Below are positions 24,767 to 37,300 of a DNA stretch of 64,000 nucleotides, piece after piece. Numbering within the stretch: the first letter of the stretch is position 1; each line of letters starts with the position of its first letter. Under the pieces are notes generated by a model, which saw only the letters and a list, made by a program, of their open reading frames with translations, was not told the DNA's origin and searched no databases. The stretch is from Phaeosaccion multiseriatum (Eukaryota; Protista; Ochrophyta, other classes): the NCBI GenBank assembly GCA_965112735.1, contig OZ218958.1:3563894-3627893 (forward strand), written 5' to 3'. Both the position numbers and the translations under genes were made by a program.

Positions 24767-25582
24767 ATGGTTCATCTTCTGCAAAGGATGAAGGAGAGGC
24801 CAGCCTGGGCCATGGCTTTTGGGCTCTCTCTTCTCTACGGCGTCGTGTTTTTTTATGCGGCCTCGGGCGGCTACGAGACGGGCCTGCTTTACGGCTTCTG
24901 CGTGGCCGGGCATCCCGGGATGCCAAGCAAATCAGAAGGCTGTTCCAATGCACGTGTCAACTCGCATATCATCGCTTTCGGGGTCGATCTCGCCATGGGG
25001 GGGATTGCAGTTCCTGTGCTCTGCTGGCGGGACCGCGCCAAGAGCGGCACAGGCCCTTATTGGAGCAACGGTTTCATCATCTTGTCCCACGGCTTTCTGC
25101 ATTTCTTTCTGCAGCTGGAAAATGGGTTTAATTGCTACGATCCAGACGTTAGTGGCGGGATGAAAGCACTCGGAAACGCTCTACTCGTGGCCTTTTCTCT
25201 CGCTCTCGCTCTCCTCATTCTTAAGGACGGCTTTGGCCTGAGCTGGTACACTGGCATTGGGAGCGTCTTCTTTGCGGCCAGTGTTTTGGCTATTTGCACT
25301 AAAACAGGAGGGGGTGGGGAGGAATTTGCTCTCCCAGCCCTCTTTTGCGTCTCGCACCCCTTGTCATCCTTCACGGGGCTCTTCTCGGAGGCACCACCGC
25401 TGGCGCAGCCGTGGGTTGCGCGGTTTTTCTTGATTTGCACTGTCGTCGGTGTTTTGGAGCTGTCCGCTTGCCCCCTCTTCTTCAGAGCCGTGGGGGGGCA
25501 CTTTTGGTATGACCTCACTCTCCATGCCGCTGCGCTGGCGTCTTTGCCGTACTTCCGGCCCCAGAAGAGCAAAGCATCTTGA
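24767..25582 (+). CDS. Intronless 271-aa multi-pass membrane protein of unknown function
   Basis: Complete ATG-to-stop ORF with about 7-8 hydrophobic segments. Motifs NSH..FGVD, SHGFLH and ELSAC..GGHFWYD. Confidence 0.75.
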   Translation: MVHLLQRMKERPAWAMAFGLSLLYGVVFFYAASGGYETGLLYGFCVAGHPGMPSKSEGCSNARVNSHIIAFGVDLAMGGIAVPVLCWRDRAKSGTGPYWSNGFIILSHGFLHFFLQLENGFNCYDPDVSGGMKALGNALLVAFSLALALLILKDGFGLSWYTGIGSVFFAASVLAICTKTGGGGEEFALPALFCVSHPLSSFTGLFSEAPPLAQPWVARFFLICTVVGVLELSACPLFFRAVGGHFWYDLTLHAAALASLPYFRPQKSKAS

Positions 25583-26183
25583 GGCTGTTTGGGTGTCGGG
25601 CCCATACAGTGCAAGGAGGAGCGCAGCGGTCGGGGGCAGCCGTCACAGCAGGCGGGGGGGACACTGTCGGATGGGCAGCCCCCCTCTCCCTCTCGTCCAC
25701 GGCCTTTCTGTGAGTCGAGGGCCGCAGAGTGCCCTCATGTACATAGAAGCGAAGGCACTCCACGGACAGTTGTGGGGAAGGGAAGCTCAAGAGCAAAGCT
25801 TTGTCATGCAGGCTGCTTCACTGCTTCAGTTCTCAGACGTCTTTCGGCTGAGAGGGGGCGAAGGTTGGAAGGTATTGAGGCATAGTCTGTACATTTGTAT
25901 ATGCTGTTGTAAGAAGAATGCGTGTCAAGTGAATAAAAGAAAAGTAACATGTGCCATGGCACCCAAGCCCCCCCCCCCCCAATGGGGAAGGGTCCAAGGG
26001 CACTTGTTGGCAGCGAGCTCCAGCGCGAGTTGGGCTGTCTGTCCGGCGGAGAGAGAGAGCTTCTCTTCTCCCCTGTCGGTGCCCCCCCCTTAAGGTGCTG
26101 TCCCTCCCGCTGCACACGCCCCTCTGGCCCCGCCTACCAGGACTCAAGTCCCGCCGCCCGTTAGCCCTGCAGCCCTCGTAGCC

Positions 26184-28832
26184 TTAGCTCTGCAGCCCGA
26201 GCACCCTGAGCCAATCCACGATGGTCGTGGCCCCTACATAGAGGTTGGCGGTGCGCACTGCGAAGGAGGCGGCGCTGTTGGCCACCGGAGAGGGCAGCAG
26301 AACCGACAGCCAGCGCTGCTCCACCAGCCCGGAGATGACCTGGTAGCGCAGGTTGGAGGACACCGCCAGGAACACGCCGATGGCCACGCTGCTCTGCAGG
26401 AGAGGCGGCCCCCCCACCTGGGCCTGAGCCTCAACCTCAGCCTGCAAGGGATGGGGCGACACGTGCAGCAGAAGCTGAGGGTAGGCATGCGGGCACGCGC
26501 AAGAAAAGAAAAGTGGCCTCAAAGTCCACACTCCAAATTGCAAGTCTCCACATCTCAAAGCTCGTTCGCTCACGTACTCAGTCCACTCACTCATTTACTC
26601 ACCTGCCCTTCTGGCGCGGGGTTGAGGCTCCTTCGTGCCTTGGCAAGGACGGTGGTGAGCCCACACCCCGCCGCACAAGCCCCAAAGCCGATGGCGAAGA
26701 GCAGCGGCATGGGCAGAAACAACGCCGCCACGCGCTCCTTCATGGAAAAGGCGGCCTGCCCCCCTCCCACCGTCTGGAAGGCGTTGGCGGGGCACTTTGA
26801 CACGAATTTCTGAAACGCACTCGCGGAGGAGGAGGCCGGGCCCGCCCCACCGAGGGAGAGCTGAGGGCATGTCGTCCACACAGCAGCGAAGTTGGCGAAC
26901 AGAGAGGTGAGAATGTCCTGAGAGGGTTGAGAGGGGTGGAGAGGGCAAGGGGGGAGGAGAGGGGAGGGGGTAAGGAGAGAGGCACGCGCTTCATTGCTCT
27001 AGAACGCAGTCCGCGCAGCACCACTGAAGCTTCCCTTCCTGCACCACAGAAGCTTCTCTTCCTGCCTTTTTCTTCCCCAAGGCCAGTCCCTTCAATCCCT
27101 TCCCTCTCCTTTGCCCTGCCTGCGTCCGTGCAGGCCCCCATCACCCCCAATCACACCCAATCACACCCAATCACACCAGCCGTCCGCAGTCAACACAACG
27201 CGGCAGTGAGTAGTCAAGGAAGCGCACGGCGAGTTCCTGCCGTCTCTCTCTCTCTCACTCTCTTGAGTTCCTGCCGTCTCTCTCTCTCTCACTCTCTTGA
27301 CTTCCTGCCGTCTCTCTCTCTCTCACTCTCTTGAGTTCCTGCCGTCTCTCTCTCTCTCACTCTCTTGACTTCCTGCCGTCTCTCTCTGCCCTGCCCCCTG
27401 CCCGGCGTGGTGGCCTCCCTCTAGTCCCTCGCCTCCCTCCCCTCGCCTCCCTCTCCTCGACTTACTCACCGCGAGCACGTAATCGAACTCCGGAAAGAAG
27501 TTGCTCCGCCTGAGGTGTGGTGCGGTGTGTTGATCGATCGATCGATTGATTGGTGCAGTGTGGTGTGGTTGGCCGGGTGTGGGTGAGGGTGTTTAGGAGA
27601 GATGAATGAGGAGATGCACAGATAGATAGACATCGAGGGATGGATAGATGGATGAGGGGATGGGTAGAGGCATGGATAGACGGGTGAAGGGAAGGAGGGA
27701 GGGATGGAGGCAAGGCCTACCTCTTGTCGTACTCCGCTATTACTTGGGCCACCACCCCGTTGAACATCTCCATACCGAGCTTCACCAAGAAGGCCGCATC
27801 CCCCAGCAGTCGCAAGCGCCAAGCTTGGAGAGGAGGAAAAGGAGGAGAAGAAAAAGAAGAAGAACAAGAACGACGACGACAACAACAACAACAACAAGAA
27901 GAAGAAGAAGAGGTTAATGGTGCACCACACGGCTCGTGGGAGGCGCGTGGCCGGCAACAGATAGACAAACAGGGCCCGCCATGGCTCAGCACTCTACAGC
28001 CCTCCTGCTGCCCTCCCCCCCTCGCTTCCCACGCATTCCACAAGTGAGGCCAGCGGAGGCGCTACTCCGCCCTTCCCTTCCATGACTCACGTTGAGACTG
28101 CAGCAAAAAGGCCACGAGGGGCGACTTGGCCAAGGCCAGGTACTGCTCGATGGTGTCCGAAGGGAGCTGCGGGGGGGGGGGGGGCGGGGCGGCAGGGTCA
28201 GAGCAGCAGGAGAGGGGAGCGGAGGAAGGATTGATAGGCGCAGACTGCATACTCAAGCACTTACCACTCCGTCGTCTACCAGTTGTCTAATCTGTGTCGG
28301 TATTCGTGGTGGCGGCGGCGGGGGAGGAGGGGGAGGTGAATCGTCCCCCCCTCTACCCCCTCCCCCACCTCCTCCCTCGCCCCCCTCCCCCTCCCGCCCC
28401 CCCCCCCCCCCCCCTTGGCGCGGTGGTCGTCTTATACCAGCGATGGTCTACAGAGGGGGTGAAGGTGAAGATGAGAAGAGAACAGAGAACAGAGGGGATG
28501 GGATGATGACTTAATTAGCAATGCATTTACGCATTCGTGAATCCTTGCGGAAGAGGGGAGACGCTACTCTCGCATCCGGCGAGATGAAGCCTTGCTGAGC
28601 ACGCTAGTCCCGTACTCACCGTGGAGAAGGCTCTGGTGAAAGACCGGCGTTTGCTGGTCCTGCTGCTGCTCGCGCCTCTACTATTCGTCCTGCTGCTGCT
28701 CAGCCGACTGAGGTGCGGGCAGCTCCGACTTCCGCATCTCCGACTGGCGGGTGCCATACTCTTCGAGGCGGTGGGGGCGAAGGCATGGCTGCAATGGTGA
28801 GGAAAACACACGAAGAGGAGGCTTGCTTTCAT
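26184..28832 (-). CDS. RETICULATA-related (DUF3411) plastid envelope protein
   Basis: Gly-rich linker; WRLRLLGDAAFLVKLGMEMFNGVVAQVIAEYDKR; PANAFQ; SSNLRYQVISGLVEQR; SFAVRTANLYVG..DWLRVLGLQ. N-terminus MKASLLFVCFPHHCSHAFAP is bipartite-like. Confidence 0.85.
27229..27388. repeat. ~33-35-bp intronic tandem repeat (GASTTCCTGCCG(TC)nACTCTCTT)
   Basis: About 5 visible copies. Confidence 0.85.
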
Positions 28833-29274
28833 GAATGGAACCTCCTCCTAACCCGACCCTGCCGCCGACCGCCGCCGCCTTTGCTGCTGCTGCTAATACT
28901 GCTACTACTGCTGGATGTGCTTGAAGGGTGATACCCTTGGAGGGTTATCTTGCTGATGCACTTTTCATTGCTCTGTGCGGAAAGGAGGGAGGAGGCTGAA
29001 GAGCTGAAACTGAGAAAGCCGCCTTTTTCCCTTTTTCGACACTTTTCGACACTTTCTCGACCCTGACCTCTCACACACGCCCACACCCCGTCCCTCGCGT
29101 CGCAGTCTGTGTGCGCACACCCTTCTTACTTCACCCTGTATCACTCGCTCGCCCGCCCGCCCGCCCGCCCGCCCACCCGCCCGTCGGAACGTACGCACGC
29201 ACGCACGCACGCCTCCCTCCCTGTCCTCTCTGAGCGCGTCCGAGGCCCTCTCCTTTCGCTCTCCTTCCTCCGCA

Positions 29275-29320
<46 letters not shown>

Positions 29321-29496
29321 CTGGAAGAAGGACAGAGAGCCAGAGAGTGGCCCGACTGGTCGCAGGGGAGGAAGAGGCACCAGCCGCGGGGGGCAGTTGC
29401 ACGTCCGACGGCGGGCAGCGTCGCAGTTCCTGCCTTCCTGCCTGGTGTGGCGGGGCCCTAAGTTAGGCGGTGGGGGCCGTGCAGAGACACAGAGAG

Positions 29497-29523
29497 CCTA
29501 ACCCTAATCCTAACCCTAACCCC
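29497..29523 (-). repeat. Interstitial telomeric repeat, ~4 CCCTAA units (one variant)
   Basis: CCTAACCCTAATCCTAACCCTAACCCC. Confidence 0.85.
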
Positions 29524-30129
29524 CTGCCCTTATGGACAAACCTTGTGGACAAGCTGCAGGGGATGCGATTTGTCAAGGGCCAGCGAGTGAGAGGGTCGGC
29601 CGAGTGCCGAGGAGCGATGAATACAGGAGGGTGGGGTGCCACTCCTCACGATCATTCAGACTTCACCTCTCCGTTCGACTCTGCAGAGGCCGAATGGCAT
29701 TGAGTATCCTCCCTCCTGCTCTTGTATTTATTGTCTTACTGTACAATTGAGGCAACCCCTTTACCCTGCTGCCCTTCGCTCCGGCTCCTTCCTTCATAAT
29801 ACACAAATTGGTGCTACATGTTGTTGCCCTTGCTTGTCGTGCCCCAGACCCCATCACGAACGCACCCAGGCATACCACTCCGATCACATACGACTCTCCC
29901 TTGTACAGATTGCTCTCGCTACTGCTTCACTACTCGCTAATGCTTCACTGCTCGCTAATGTTTCACTGCTCGTCAGCTAACAAGTGCCCGGCCCCCCTCC
30001 TCACTCCCCCCCCCCCCTACCCGAGCGAACCACGCATGCACAATGATGAAGGAATGGATGAATAGCCCACACACACTCCATGACTGACCCTCCCCCGCCT
30101 CTATAGCTGACTCTAACCCGACTCTAGCT

Positions 30130-30196
30130 GCTCTAGATGGCCCTAGATGGCTCTAGATGGCTCTAGATGGCTCTAGATGGCTCTAGATGGCTCTAG
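30130..30196. repeat. 10-bp tandem repeat (CTCTAGATGG)n overlapping the TPPP stop codon
   Basis: About 6 visible copies. Confidence 0.9.
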
Positions 30197-33066
30197 CTGC
30201 CGGCCTTGGCAGCGGCGGCCGCTCCTCGCATGCTCGACTTCCTCCTCGTGCTGCTCTGCACCCCGCGCACGTCTGCATCGGACCTGTCGGCGAGGTTTCC
30301 GAGGCTGATGCGGTCATCAACGTGCGTGGGCCCTCCCGCCTGGTGCACTCCCGTGTACGTGGACTTGTCGTCGTGGAAGCGCGTGGCCTGCGCGATGGTG
30401 CCGGTCATGGCGATGCCGGGGCACGCAGCGACGATGTCTTGCACCTGTTGGTGATACGCGGGGGTGGGGGAGGGAGGCAGGGAGGGGCAGGGAGGGGCCG
30501 GGAGGGGCAGAACATATGGAAAGCCCGTTAGACGACGCGAGCAATTACTCAGGAGGAAACAGGACGGACAGGACTGGCTGGGCGTGGATGGTGAGAGTGG
30601 TCAGCTGAGTACGCACCCTCTGTTGCCATCTGACTACGGACCACTGACCACTTCTCTAGTCTGCCATCTGAGCACTGATCACTCTCCCAGTCTACCATTT
30701 GCTACCATCTGCTGCCATCTGAGCACTAACCTCGCTCTCCGTGACGTGCTTGGCGTCGGCGATCATGGGCAGGGCATAGGTCCTGAACAGGCTCAGGGAC
30801 ATCTTCTTGCCCCCCCCACGCTGGCACACCTGTTGGTCATGCGGCCACAAGACAGCACAGCACAGCACAGCACAGCACAGCCGCAGCCGAGACGGAAGCG
30901 AGGGGAGGGGAGGCAGCGTGAGAGCGAGGCCCAACACACACGCCGGGGGGAGGGGGAGTACTCAAGCTATAGGCCTTCATAGGCCTTCATAGGCCTTCAG
31001 CAACGCACCTTGGTGAAGAGGAGGTCCCCGTCGGTCTTGGTGAACTTGGCGTCGAAGAGGCCGCAGTCCTTGCACAGCTTCGTGAACCTAGAGGGAGGGA
31101 GCAGGCGGACTCTGGGGTAAGCAGTTGGGGGGGGGCACGAGGGCAAAAGACTCCAGCACCACCCCTCTCTCTCTCTTCGGAGCTCCAGACGAAGGGCTCC
31201 CTGCCCCCTCCTGCCCCTGTCGGTCCTGAGTGATCGGTGGCAAGCAAGAGGCCAAAGACGCGCGTCTACGGCAAACATCCATCCATCCACCCAGTGCCTT
31301 CAGCTCTCGTGTATAGCCCTACCCAGTCCCCCGCACGGCCACCACTCCACTCACTTGCTGCTGTCCATCTCACTGGCGCTCTTGGTGACACTGCTGGCGA
31401 AGGCGAGGAACACCTCCGCCACACGCTTGTCCACGCCCTCCAGGCCCTCGCTGGACAGGGACAGACGGGTTATGGCGGCGGCGGCTTGCGAGGCGGCGCT
31501 GCCCGTGCTGGACTTGCGCTGAGAGACGGAGACGCCGCTGCCCCGGCGGGAGTCCACGCCAGGCGCAGCGCTGCCCCTGCGCGAGTCCACACTCATGCCC
31601 TGTGAAGGGAAGGGAGGACAGCGACGAGAGCGGGGAGGCGATGATCGATGAGCGACGGGGAAGCATGTGAGAGCTAGCACACACTCTCTTCCCCCCTCTC
31701 CTGTACAAGCTCTTACCGCAGTGCTGGTGCTGCTGCCCCTCCTGAGGGGAGAGCCCCCCTTGACGGCCGCGGCCCCTGCGCTGCTGAGGGCACTCTGGCG
31801 GCGGGGGGAGGAGGTGGAGCCCGTTCTGCTCGTCCTGCGAGCGCCGGTGGGGGCGGGAGCGTCGTCGTATGTTTTGACACCGCGCACGTCGTGTCCGCTG
31901 TCGCGGTGGAGCTGAGTCTCCATGTTCACCTAAGGTAGAGAGGGGCGGGGAGGAGGGGGGGGGGGGCGGGCACCAGCGGCTCGTGGGTCTCTCTCCCTCC
32001 CCTCTCCATATGCATCCATATGCATCCAGTGTCCCCTCTCCATATGCATCCAGTGTCCCCTCTCCATATGCATCCAGTGTCCCCTCTCCATATGCATCCA
32101 GTGTCCCCTACGCGTCGCAGGCAGAGTCGAGGGTCGGGGCGGAAGTGGTCTTGGCGCCGCTCTGATGCTCTGACCTCCCCTCACCCCCCCTACACGACAC
32201 GAGACGAGACACCTCTCCCTGGACGTATCCTCTGAGGCGGATTGACTTTGGGCACTTTGGGCACTTTGGGCACTTTGGGCACTTACGTTGTGGTGGTCGA
32301 TGGTGGTGGGGCCTCCCGCCGTGTGCACACCTGCAGAAGATAAGTAAGAGGGAGCAGCGGTGTCAGTTACGGTGTCAGTTACGGAGTCAGTTACCAGCTT
32401 CTTGTTCTCTCTCCCTCTCTCTCCCCTCTCTCTCCCTCTCCCTCCACCGCCCAGACTGTAAAAATGTCTTTTGCCTGCTTCGCGCTCTTTCGTTACAATA
32501 GTGCAAGCATGGACGGGTCTTCTTCTCTTCTGCGTGCCGTGACGTGGGGCAGACTGCACTTTGTGACTGACTGAAGAACCAACCTGTGTACGTGCTTTGG
32601 TCGTCGTGGAAGCGCACATTGTCCGCAATGGTCCCGGACGTGCTGATGGAAGGAAGTAAACATGGAGAATCGGCACGCGACACAGCAGTGTGTTAGACAA
32701 AACGAAGCAGATGACAGTGCCGGCGGTGGATCAAGCGCTTCTCCCCCCACCCCCCCCGCCCGCTTCAATTGCTTACGTGGGTCCTCCGGCCTTGATCACG
32801 GCCGCGCACAAGTTGTCGAAGGGCACACCTCGCTTGGCCGCGATCATCTCCAGCGCCTGCTCGAAGGCGGCGAAGTTGATGGTCTTCTCCTTGCCCTCCT
32901 TGACCTGCGTGAAGATGAGGTCAATGTCGGTGGTGGTCACCTTCTTGTTGAGCAAGCCGCAGTCCCTAGCCACCTTGACGAACTTGGCGCTGTCCATCAT
33001 GTCGGAGCCGACCTGGCCCTTGCCGAAGGCGCAGAAGTCCGAGAACACAGCTTGGAGGGTCGTCAT
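30193..33066 (-). CDS. TPPP: TPPP/p25alpha-family protein with two tandem p25alpha domains (~8 exons)
   Basis: Domain 1: FSDFCAFG..MDSAKFVKVARDCGLLNKKVTTTDIDLIFTQVK..RFHDDQSTYTGVHTAGGPT..DVRGV. Domain 2: MDSSKFTKLCKDCGLFDAKFTKTDGDLLFTKV..RFHDDKSTYTGVHQAGGPT..ADVRGV. Joined by GT-AG introns and a Ser/Arg-rich linker. Confidence 0.85.
32017..32109. repeat. 24-bp intronic tandem repeat (CCATATGCATCCAGTGTCCCCTCT)
   Basis: About 4 visible copies. Confidence 0.9.
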
Positions 33067-34318
33067 TTTGTTTGTCTTTGTCTCGTCTTATTTCACCCAA
33101 GGACGAGAGAGGGGGGGGGTCGGGGGTAGGCGGGGAGGGATTGGAGAGTGAGGGTCGTCAATGACTGCCAAGTGCACGTACGCTCCAAAGAACAGGAAAG
33201 GACAATCCCGCAGGAGATTGGGCCTGCTGCTGCTGCTTGGGAACCCCTCAGCCAGCCAGGGCGGCTCCTATTTGTTCCGGCAAACCGCACCGGGCGGCGG
33301 AGCGGGGGGCTGGGCGAGTGAGGAGGAGGCAAGCATTTACTTCAGATAGACAGAGACGCCAAGCACAAATGCAATTGAGGCGGCTCCCAACCGATTCCCC
33401 TTCATCCCCTCGCTGCCCTCTCCCCCCCGCTTACCTGGGCAGAGTTGCGGCGCTTGTTTTGTTTTTGAGATGAATTTATCTCTTGTTGCCACGACACAAT
33501 TTTACCTCTTTAATGTAAAACCCCGAACTAAAACTCTTCTATTCTCCTCTCAATGCTCTACCAGTTCTGCCGAGAGCTTGAGTTAGGCCGTAACCAGGGA
33601 GGAGAAGGGGAGCTTATCGCTTGTCTGTACTTCGGATGTCGCCTAAACAAGTGCCAAGTGTAGTGCTCGACCTCAACTGAGGTACGAGTGCTACTGAAAC
33701 ATGCAGGGCCCTTCCCTATTAGTATGGGCAGCGCACACACAACAGCATCCTCGTGTGCTGCTATCTTTGTCGTCGTAATCATCTACATTTGTAACGCCCA
33801 ACTCGTAGTTGGTCATACGGCCTGTCTCACAGAGACCGGATGGCAGCTGAAGGTATATCATTTCTCTACTTTGTCTCCCCCAACTCCAAGAAGCTCCGAG
33901 TTGTCATCCCTGTGCCTGCTGTCGATGGAGTAGTCACACATGGCCTTGACTTGCTACTCCACTGGGGCGTGGCAGGGGTGGGCGTAGGGTGGGGCAGCCT
34001 CATTGAGAAGAGAAATTCCCTATTTAAAAGAGGCACGCGAACGCTGCTGACCAGCTGGGAGGGAGGGGAGGGCTGCTGAGGTGAGCCGGTGCCGGTAGCT
34101 TGTACCTATTCAGCTGCTGCGGGGTGGTGTGGTGATTGGGTTGGCCCTTGCATGCTGCTGTTGGAACAAGACCTCAACCTCAAAGCGCGCCCCCTTCGCT
34201 CTTCTCTCTTACCCTCCTTCCGCCCCCACCGTACCCCCCTTCTCCAATCGCCTTGTTCGTGCATGTACTCTCCTTCATGGTCTCGCACAACTGCACCCCG
34301 TACCGCAACCTCGCAGCC

Positions 34319-37300
34319 ATGTCACTTGGAGCATCAGGAGTCGGGGAAAGTGGGGGGGCTATTGGAATGCCTCCCCCCAGCAGCTCCACGGCAAGCACTG
34401 GTCAAGAGAGTGCCACAAATGAGGCAGATAGCGCCGACACGGGTAAGGGACACGAGAGAAGTGGCGTTGAGCAGGAGAGGACTCCAGAAAAGGGGGGGAG
34501 GCCTGCTCTCGGCGGGCACGTTTCGTGAGAGCAACATACCTCTTCCTTTCTGTGTGCGTGTGTATAGGCAGATGCATGCGAGCATCTTCCTCGTCCCTTT
34601 CTCCAGCTTTCCTTAACCCACAATCTGCGCCCATATGCCCCGCCCCCAGCATCAACATCAGCAGCAGCATCAGCAGCATCAGGATCTGGTGCCAAGGAGG
34701 AGGAGGACGATGAGGATTGGTCGATAGTTGACTACACTCGGATGATTGACTATTTCGGGGTGGTGGGGATGGACGAGGAGGACGAAGAGGCGGACTGCGA
34801 GCCTCTGGAGGGGCAGAAGGACGCAGCGGAGGCCCTGCTGGAGGCGTGGGAGCACTCCATTACAGACATGGTGGCGTGTGTGGAGGGGAAGGAGGAGGTG
34901 CCACCGGGCTACACGCTCGTAGAGACCACCGTCTCCGGAAAGGTGCGTCGCAGTCTCATCTGGCAAGAGGCACACTTTGGTGGGGGAGAGGGCACGGGAG
35001 TGGGACGTTGCGGTCCTGCCGGGGGGAGTGCCTGGTGTGGGGGGCAAGGCTTAAGGGGGGGGAGCTTGTGATTGTGTTTGGGTCGCACCCTAAGAGCGCC
35101 TTTCCGGGGGGGGGGCTCTCCTCGCAAAGGCCACTTCGATGATCAAAGGCCCGCCCCGTGCCTCACAGTTGGCTTTTAGTCGCTGCAAGGAGGGGCGGAT
35201 CCTGACTTCGGCAGCTTTTGTGCCTCTCTTGTACTTCCAAGTACTTGACTTTGTGCTCCCTCTCTTGTACTTCCAAGTACGAAGTACTTGACTTTGTGCT
35301 CCCTCTCTTGTACTTCCAAGTACGAAGTACTTGACTTTGTGCTCCCTCTCTTGTACTTCCAAGTACTTGACTTTGTGCTCCCTCTCTTGTACTTCCAAGT
35401 ACTTGACTTTGTGCTCCCTCTCTTGTGCTTCCAAGTACTTGACTTTGTGCTCCCTCTCTTGTACTTCCAAGTACTTGACTTTGTGACTTTGTGCGTTACT
35501 GCGCACCCCCGAGTGATGAATGTCTCTGCGTGTCCTTGCTGAGCGGCCCTTCCTACCCTGTGACGGAGGTATGCTGTGTTCGCCTCGCTTGCTCTACTCA
35601 TATGCATGCCTGTAGCGCTCTAACCGACACACGCCCCCACCACGGCACCATCCCTGCCCTCCTCCTCTCCCCTCCTCTGCTCTCCTGTCCAACTTCGATG
35701 CAGTTCAAAGCGGACCTGAACCACGGCGCCATGCTGTCGTCCTCCATCCTGCTGGCCATCCGAAGACAGCGCACCTCCCAAGGCAACAAGTACATCGCCG
35801 GGGTGCGCGTGGTGACGGCCAAGCAGCTGGGGCAGCCGGGTTGGAAGGGCAACGAGAGCGGATGGCAGCTCATGTGCACGGCCTCTGGCAAGCCCGCCAA
35901 CCTCAATAAGAGCGCGGGCAGGACGTCGTCTTCCAAGGGCAGCTACCTTGCCCTGCGTGTGGTGGAGAGGGATCTCCTGTCCTGCCCGCCCCCTCTGCAC
36001 GAGGTGTGCGTGGTGCTGCCTCAGAAGGACCCCCTGGAGCTTCCCCCCCCGGGCTTTGCGCTGCTCAGCACGGATCTGAACGAGGACCGCTCCTTCGCGG
36101 ATGTGGTGAAGCTCGGCTATCTCACGGGGCCGGGCATCAGCGCGTGCTCCGTGCCGTACCGGAGTGCGGTGCTGCAGCGCCACCCCGACAATGTGTCTGC
36201 CGACCGATACTTCCCCCGCGAGCAACTGCCCATGTTCATCTTCCCCGAGGGGGTCTTCCTACAGTATATCACAGACAGGAAGGGGGAGGAGGAGGGTGAG
36301 GGGTGCTCTACCCCGTCTGGAAGCGGAGGCGCCTTGCTGGGGGCCTCAGGTGACACAAGCTTAGGCACGCCCCCTGCTGCTCCCGGCACGCCCCCCCCTC
36401 ACTCAGCGGCTTCTCCGTCGTCTCGCTGGCCAGTGTCGCCCTCCAGAGCCTTCGCAAGCTTCTCCAGCCCGGCAACCCCCTCGCCGCCGCCGCCGCTCAC
36501 CCCTCTCCCTTCACCACCCACAGCGCCTCCAGAGCCGGCCTTCTTCACCTTTGTGTTCACCAACATCGACGGGCAGCACAACTACGCCGCCGCACTCGTG
36601 TTCTACGAGCCCCTCAGCCCCGCCAATGTGCGCCGCTTGGCCACCACCACTGAGGAGGCCATACTGCAGGCCATGCAGAGGGCAAGGGAAGGCGAAGGGG
36701 CGGCAGGGGGGGCGGGACGCGCTGGGGGGGGGGGGGGAGGGGGGGGGTCAGGGGTGGGGTCAGGCTACGCATCTCACGCGAGTAGTCCCAGCCACACCGG
36801 CCACAGCAAGCTTGTGGAAGAGCTGGCACAGCTGGTGAGGGGGTGAGGGGATGGGGGAGGGAGGGAGGGGTAGGAAGAGGGGAAAGGGGGAGGGGGTGAT
36901 GTGGTGTGCTATGATGAAGGTATTGCTCCTCCTCTATCTCTCATACCGATACTGAATCACTGTGTCTTGCTTGTGCGTCTTGCCTGTATCTGGGTCTGCG
37001 TACGTGCTCGTATGCGTATGCGTGTGCGTGTGCATGTGCGTGTGTGTGCGTGTGTGCGTGCGTGTGTGTGTGCGTGTGCGTATGGGCAGGGCGAGTACGA
37101 CTCCGAGGGGGAAGAAAGCTCCACAGAGGAGGACAGCGGTACAGAGGACGACCACGAGGAGGGGGAGGGGGAGCAGAAGGAGGAGGCGGCGGAGGAGCAG
37201 CAGCAGGATCGGGGGGGGATGGAGGTGAGTCGGCCAGAGCGATTCAGAGTCATTCAGGCAGGCGGAGGCACTCAGTCATCAGTCATATGTATACATGCAC

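Noticed and set aside
29521-29580. HDV-like ribozyme
   Set aside because: Nested pairing is superficially similar, but neither strand has the full set of G-start P1, 7-nt L3, P1.1 and P4.
29590-29620. Weak minus-strand resemblance to the U2 snRNA 5' end (ATCGCTCCTCGGC)
   Set aside because: No GTAGTA branch-site recognition sequence or Sm site follows.
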